Assembly (NCBI GenBank): GCA_951406725.2
Contig: OX597840.1
Location: 17,794,001-17,858,000, forward strand
DNA: 64,000 bases
Source: Octopus vulgaris
Taxonomy: Eukaryota
Direction of reading: 5' to 3'
Notes under the pieces: model-generated
Told to the model about the DNA's origin: nothing
The model's database searches: none
Seen by the model: only the letters and a program-made list of their open reading frames with translations
Shown here: positions 57,331 through 64,000 of the stretch, in pieces
Layout of the letters: each line of letters opens with the position of its first letter
Position numbering within the stretch: the stretch's first letter is position 1
Translations under genes and position numbers: made by a program

Positions 57331-57680
57331 TCTTCTCCCTCCTTCTTTCTATTTATCTCTCCCCCTCTCTACCTGCTCCATGCGTCTTCTGTCTTTACAC
57401 CCGTTTCAGTCATTAGACTGTGGCCATGCTGGAGCAGCACCTCGAAGAATTTTTAGTCGAATGAATCGAACTCTGTACTTATTTTTTCGTTTCCTTTAAG
57501 ACTGGTACTTATTCTATCGATCTCTTTTGCCGAACTGCTAGGTTACGGGTTATGGTAAACACACTAACACTGGTTGCAGTGGTGGGACAGACAACATGCA
57601 CACATGTATATAAGTATATATACATATATATATAAACACACACACATATATACATAAACATACATACATTCATACATACA

Positions 57681-57713
<33 letters not shown>

Positions 57714-58159
57714 CTACGACGGTTTCTTTCAGTTTCCATCTTCCAAACTCATTCACAAGTCCTTGGATGATGATGATGCTCTTACCTCTCTATTAAACAC
57801 ATATATACAATATATACATGCCTATACATACATTAATTCATACATAAATTCATTCATTCATACATACATACATACATACAAATCATACATACATACATAC
57901 ATAGGCAATATCTCTTAAAAAATGAAACAAAATGGGATAGTCGAATGCTTTCGCTATAAGACAATTTCATCGGAAGGATGAACATGTGATTAAACAACAG
58001 CAGTGTGTGTGTATGTGTACACACCCATACATCCATACCACCTTCTTTGCACTTATATACACAATATCTACACCCTGAGATTCGCGACATTGACAACGCA
58101 GATCATGACATCATTGCACATGGTATGTGTAGAAACAGTAACACACCCACAAATACACA

Positions 58160-58191
58160 TATGTATATATGTATGTATGAATATGTGTATA

Positions 58192-58226
<35 letters not shown>

Positions 58227-58341
58227 GAATATGTGTGTGTATATATATATATATGAATATGTGTATATGTGTGTGTGTGTGTATATATATATATGAATAT
58301 GTGTATATGTGTGTGTGTGTGTATATATATATATGTGAATA

Positions 58342-58380
<39 letters not shown>

Positions 58381-58420
58381 ATATGTGTGTGTGTATATAT
58401 ATATATATACATACATATAT
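58160..58420. repeat. Compound minisatellite gaatat(gt)n(at)n
   Basis: About seven units anchored by gaatatgtgt. Confidence 0.8.
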
Positions 58421-59010
58421 ATAGAAATGTGTCTGTGCACGTGCGCATGTGGGTACACAGAGGGAGAGGGTGGGGGTGTGACATGAGAGAGAGTGATATG
58501 ATATGAATCGTGATCGTAGTTCCAGGTGCAAGGGGTAGTAAGAGGTGGTGAGAGTAGGGAGGAGAATGAAACAGGACTGGAAGAGAGAAAATGGGGGGTG
58601 GGGAATGGGAGGGAGTGAAGTGAGAGGAGGAGGAGGAGGTTGTGCGACCAAGAAAACAGGAAGATCACGAAGCAGAGTAAATGAGACGACGACGACGACT
58701 ACGACGATGATGACATCAGATGTTTTGTGTTATGCATTTCTATGTAAGAATGTATGTATATATGAACATGTGTATGTATGTATGTGTGTGTTTATATATC
58801 TATATATGATAGATCGTTTGCTCCTACACGCATTTTTTTCTCTCCTTGTTTCTCTCCTTGTATTTTTTTCTGTGTATCTTTCCGTCGAAGAGCGTAGACT
58901 CGAAATGTAAAACACTTGTTCTTTTTCTATTCCTGAGCGCCATACTGATACATTTGTTTGTTTGTACTCCACCTGCCTTCGTCTTTTGTTTATTTTCGTA
59001 AACCTTCCCG

Positions 59011-59088
<78 letters not shown>

Positions 59089-59175
59089 GTATATATGTAT
59101 ATATATATATATATGTTTCGTTTTTGGATTTGGTTTGCAAGATTCTTTATGTGAATTCGTGTGTTGAAGCATGTT

Positions 59176-59459
<284 letters not shown>

Positions 59460-59761
59460 TATTAAGATTCAGTTGAATTTGGTACTTAAATTGAGGCACC
59501 TTGCTAGTTCCGCACACCCAAACAATTTTAATTGAATATTGAAAATCAAGACTCCATGCAGGAGTGTTTGTACCTGATATTCCTGCCGTGTGTGTAAACA
59601 ATGTAACCCAGCTAAGTCTCTTCTACTATAGCCTCGGGCTGACCAAAGCCTTGTGAGTGGATTTGGTAGACGGAAACTGAAAGAAGCCTGTCATATATAT
59701 GTATATATATGTATGTGTTTCCACTTATTGCTGCATGCATGCATACATACATACATATATG

Positions 59762-60916
59762 TTATTATTATTTTATTATTTTATGTTTGACTTTTGCTTT
59801 ACATTTGTACAAGTTGGCTCCAAGTCTCACCCAGAGACCTCAAGAGACAAGTTGGAAGTTCATGTTGGTGTTATGCCTAGGGTGCCGTATATTTGGTTTT
59901 GTACATAGTGTTGTTATAGAGAATGTTTAAGAAACCATAAGAAAATTATGTGTTTGTTTTAAAACTTGAGATTACATAGAAAGTATTTTGTGTAGGATAT
60001 GGGCAGTTCCCATGAGCACTATCTTTTGAATTTCTGCCATTTTTGGGTTTCCTGGTATCTGAGTTAGGTAGCAATCAGCCCCTTTTGCTATCATTCCCGG
60101 GCACCTATGACAACAGGCATTGTTTTAGTCTTCAGGTTCCACATTTTGCTGATTTCTATTTCAAGATCTTTATATTTGCTCAGTTTTTTGTAGGTCTTCA
60201 CAGATACGTTTATATCGATTGGGACAGTCATATCAATGAGGAGGCATGTTCTTTGTCTGGAGTCTTTTACTATGATGTCTGGCCTATTTGCATCTATCTT
60301 TCTGTCAGTTTGAATGGTGAAGTTCCAGAGGAGTGAGATGTGGTCATTTTCAAGCACTGGAGGTGGCTTGTGTTCCTACTAGTTTTTATTATGGCGCAAG
60401 TCCAGGTTTTTGCAAATTACCCAGTGAATATATTGTGCAGCTCTATCATGCCTGTTGAGATACTCTGTAGGCGCTAGAAGACTGCACTTGGAGACCACAT
60501 GATCAATGGTTTCATTTTGTTGTTGATATACACGACATGTTGGGCTACTGCCGTTCTTTAACATGTCGGCCTTGTAGTTCCTTGTAGGCAGGCATTGATC
60601 TTGGACTGCTACAATAAACCCTTCTCTTTCAGATTTTAAGCCAGAAGACACTAACCATTGTTGGGTAAGGTCTTTGTCAACATCAGCATTATTCGCTCTC
60701 TTTTGGTATTTGCCATTGAGAGGTTTTTCTTGCCATTTATCAGTAAGAATATCTAAGGCAGCAGTTTTAGCACGGGTTTTCATGAGCTTAGCTTTTTCTG
60801 TGCTTGTTTCTCGTATGTCTAATTCCGGAATTTGTTGTATTTGGAAGTCACTTAGATATTCCTTTCCCTATTTTGTTACTGAGTATGATGCTTTCTTGTT
60901 TTCGTGTTTTCAGACA
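59762..60916 (-). mobile_element. R4/Dong-like RLE LINE 3' fragment within (TAA)n
   Basis: CRVYQQQNETIDHVVSKC, YLNRHDRAA, LWNFTIQTDRKIDANRPDII, LLIDMTVP, KLSKYKDL; (TTA)n on both flanks. Confidence 0.88.
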
Positions 60917-60933
60917 ATATTATTATTATTATT

Positions 60934-61700
60934 GAGTGAGAGAGCAGTGCATGCCATCAAAGTGACACCGGGGTAATAATATACAAAGCCCAATATACCC
61001 ACCATTACTATCCGTTTTGATAAGGGTACACCAGATACATGGAACACAACCTTATGTGCATGACATGGTGATATCATATCAAGATAAACAGCACATGACC
61101 TTGCAGGTGAGGCCCAGTTAGAATTTTCTTCAGGTTGAATAGCCCATCCTGCTCAAAAGGTCGCTGAATAAGGTTTGTTTTAAGGATATTGAATGAAACA
61201 CCTGTGTTTCCAGAGAATTCCTCTCAACACATGGCTATGATGCTCCCCCACTACTTCTGCTCATGATCAGAGATGCACATATCGTCAGCCACCAAGGGAC
61301 ACGCTCCACTGGTTATGATCAAACAAGTGACAAGCAAATCTGGGCTAGCTGGCAGAAACGTTAGCACGCCGGGCAAATGCTTAGCAGTATTTCGTCTGCC
61401 GTTACGTTCTGAGTTCAAATTCCGCCAAGGTCGACTTTGCCTTTCATCCTTTCGGGGTCGATAAATTAAGTACCAGTTACGCACTGGTGTCGATATAATC
61501 GACTTAATCCGTTTGTCTGGCCTTGTTTGTCTTCTCTGTGTTTAGCCCCTTGTGGGTAGTAAAGAAATAGGTATTGACCAGAATATTTGTTGTAGCCCAT
61601 CTTTTTATATCAAGACAAAACAATGTACATGATAACACTTCCAATCAGTTAAGATCAGAAGCCATGAGAGCCACTGCCTGGCACTGCATCAGGGCATTTT
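60934..61700 (-). mobile_element. Element D with a nested SINE-B (61343-61569)
   Basis: Inverted paralog of 28662-29433. Confidence 0.85.
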
Positions 61701-61850
61701 ATATTGTTTTTATTATTAATTGCACTGAGTTCGACTTTGCCTTTCATCTTTTCAGGGTTGATAATTTAAGTACCAGTGAAACACTGGGATTGATGTAATC
61801 AACTAGACTTCTCCCACCAAATTTCAGGCCACAAGCCTTTAGCAGAAAGG

Positions 61851-62135
<285 letters not shown>

Positions 62136-62573
62136 ATTATGATTAATCCAGTGTTATAAATTGAAAACCATGTCCCATCAAACAGATCACTGGGTGGTTT
62201 CATGTGATATCATGTTTTGCTTGGCAGAAAGCGTGAATGAACAATCATCAGACGTCGTTGACCGGAAAATTCTTTGATCTGGAATTTCTGCTGAGAAAAA
62301 CATGATGTCACATTAGTCGGTCCATTAAGCCGTGCCGAACATGGTTGTTAACTTGTAAATGTTGTATCGTAATTATAACCACTGCTTTATGATTTTATAT
62401 TGAGTGTGATTATGAACTGTCTCTAGACAACTGTGTGTATATTTATCAGTTTAGTTACTGACTTATCTAGCTAGTTATATACGGGGCAGCTGATGATGGA
62501 GGTATGTTGGATTGTTAGTATGGCTGTTTTTGTACATATGGAGTAGTATTACAACACATTCTTTTGATGTATG

Positions 62574-62604
<31 letters not shown>

Positions 62605-62610
62605 TATTAT

Positions 62611-62917
62611 GTCAGGCGGTACTGGCAATGGTCATGCTCAAGTGGTGTTTTTTACATGCCACCTGCTGGACTGGCTCCTGTGCAGGTGGTATGTAAAAAA
62701 CACCACTTGCGCATGGCCGTTGCCACTACCGCCTGACTGACCCACATGCCAGTGGCACGTAAAAGCACCCACTACACTCCCAGAGTGGTTGGCATTAGGA
62801 AGGCCATCCAGCTGTTGAAACTCTGCCAGATCAGATTGGAGCCTGGTGCAGCCATCTGGTTCGCCAGTCCTCAGTCAAATTGTCCATGGAAAGTGGACAC
62901 TAAACGATGATGATGAT
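62611..62917 (+). mobile_element. SINE 3' part with (GAT)n tail and a 5' inverted duplication
   Basis: IR 62611-62666 / 62681-62737; then ggcacgtaaaagcaccc...ggcattaggaaggccatccagc...taaac(gat)n. Confidence 0.65.
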
Positions 62918-62919
62918 TC

Positions 62920-63140
62920 AGGGAGCAATGCCAAAAACGACCTATCTCTAGCATGCTTGAAGTAGTGTTACCTTCAAAAACTACCAAGAACTCCAGATAA
63001 ATATACACTTGGCTGAAAGCAGGCTAGTGAAAGAAAATTTTAAAAAACCTCCACTTATATTTATCTGGAGTTTTTGGTAGTTTTTGAAGGCACCGACACT
63101 TCAAGAATACTGGAGACACGTCGTTTTCACTCTGCTCCCT
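62920..63140. repeat. ~85-bp imperfect inverted repeat element
   Basis: agggagca...ccttcaaaaactaccaagaactccagataaatata versus tatatttatctggagtttttggtagtttttgaagg...tgctccct. Confidence 0.8.
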
Positions 63141-63253
63141 TATTATAATTATATACATATGGACATTATTAATTTTAATTGAATGTATTAATTGCCTATA
63201 AATATTTATAGCATGCTGACTACCTGATAAAAATCATAAACGTGACTTTTATC

Positions 63254-63327
<74 letters not shown>

Positions 63328-63332
63328 CATAC

Positions 63333-63368
<36 letters not shown>

Positions 63369-63376
63369 ATTATATG

Positions 63377-63421
<45 letters not shown>

Positions 63422-63515
63422 TTTATTCCTTTATGTTTCAGCCCTGAGGCTATGGCCATGCTGGAGCACATGCATAAACACACACATATATATGTATACA
63501 TATGTATATTTACGT

Positions 63516-63765
63516 ATGCCATGAGACTCAAACATCCCTTTGATTACCAGTCAAGTGCTTTACCAAATAAGCTAAACTGCCCACTGAGAAATTAATCCGC
63601 AATTTTAGAACTTATAAAGCCATTGGTAATCAAAGGGATGTGAGTTCGAGTCTCATGGCTGGTTGTTGACACATCTTTCCGTTTTGTATGGATATCTTAT
63701 CCTATCTTGGTGTTTATACGTTTGAAAATAAAATTATCATCTTATTTGTATCTCACAATATATAT
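63516..63765. pseudogene. tRNA-Thr-like (GGT) sequence present as an inverted pair
   Basis: Minus 63516-63582: GGCAGTTTAGCTTATTTGGTAAAGCACTTGA-CTGGTAA-TCAAAG; plus 63624-63663 carries the anticodon 3' half and T arm GTGAG-TTCGAGT-CTCAT. Confidence 0.6.
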
Positions 63766-64000
63766 ATAGACAATAGACACCCCTTCATCACTGTTATCAT
63801 CATTATCATCAATGATATTTAAGGCGGTGAGCTGGCAGAATCGTTAGCATGTTGGACGAAATGCTTAGCGGTATTTCGCCTGCCGCCACATTCTGAGTTC
63901 AAATTCCAAAGATAAAAAGATAAAAAGCTGTATATATACATACACACACACACACGTGTATATAAGCACATGTAACTCTACACCAAACAATATTTAAAGA

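Noticed and set aside
62489-62500. Isolated CTGATGA, and partial cores at 23490 and 45748
   Set aside because: Only half of the hammerhead core, with no closing stems.

Overview
Repeat-saturated eukaryotic non-coding DNA (intergenic or large intron), most likely octopus/coleoid cephalopod. That assignment is inferred from the tRNA-derived SINE families and the extreme microsatellite density, not from a search. No host protein-coding exon could be supported; most ORF-track entries are microsatellite or SINE read-throughs. Identifiable content: an uninterrupted 5'-truncated CR1-group LINE reverse-transcriptase frame running off the left edge; decayed RLE-type (R4/Dong-like), L1/Tx1-like and RTE LINE fragments; a Chapaev3-like transposase pseudogene; mariner remnants; Tc1 and hAT MITEs with TSDs; and dozens of SINE copies (descriptive names A, B, E, F). 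The most notable signal is a set of type I hammerhead-ribozyme motifs from several unrelated families, typical of Penelope-like element (PLE) termini. Several sit in inverted-repeat mini-elements within (TA)n tracts, so a core is present on both strands. Other oddities: SINE-into-SINE insertions with recurring junctions, a SINE-head minisatellite, a ~0.9 kb inverted duplication 32 kb apart, a promoter-less (TAA)n-flanked element, a MITE with telomeric repeats, and retroelement clades partitioned by microsatellite type. All alignments were made by eye and coordinates are approximate.
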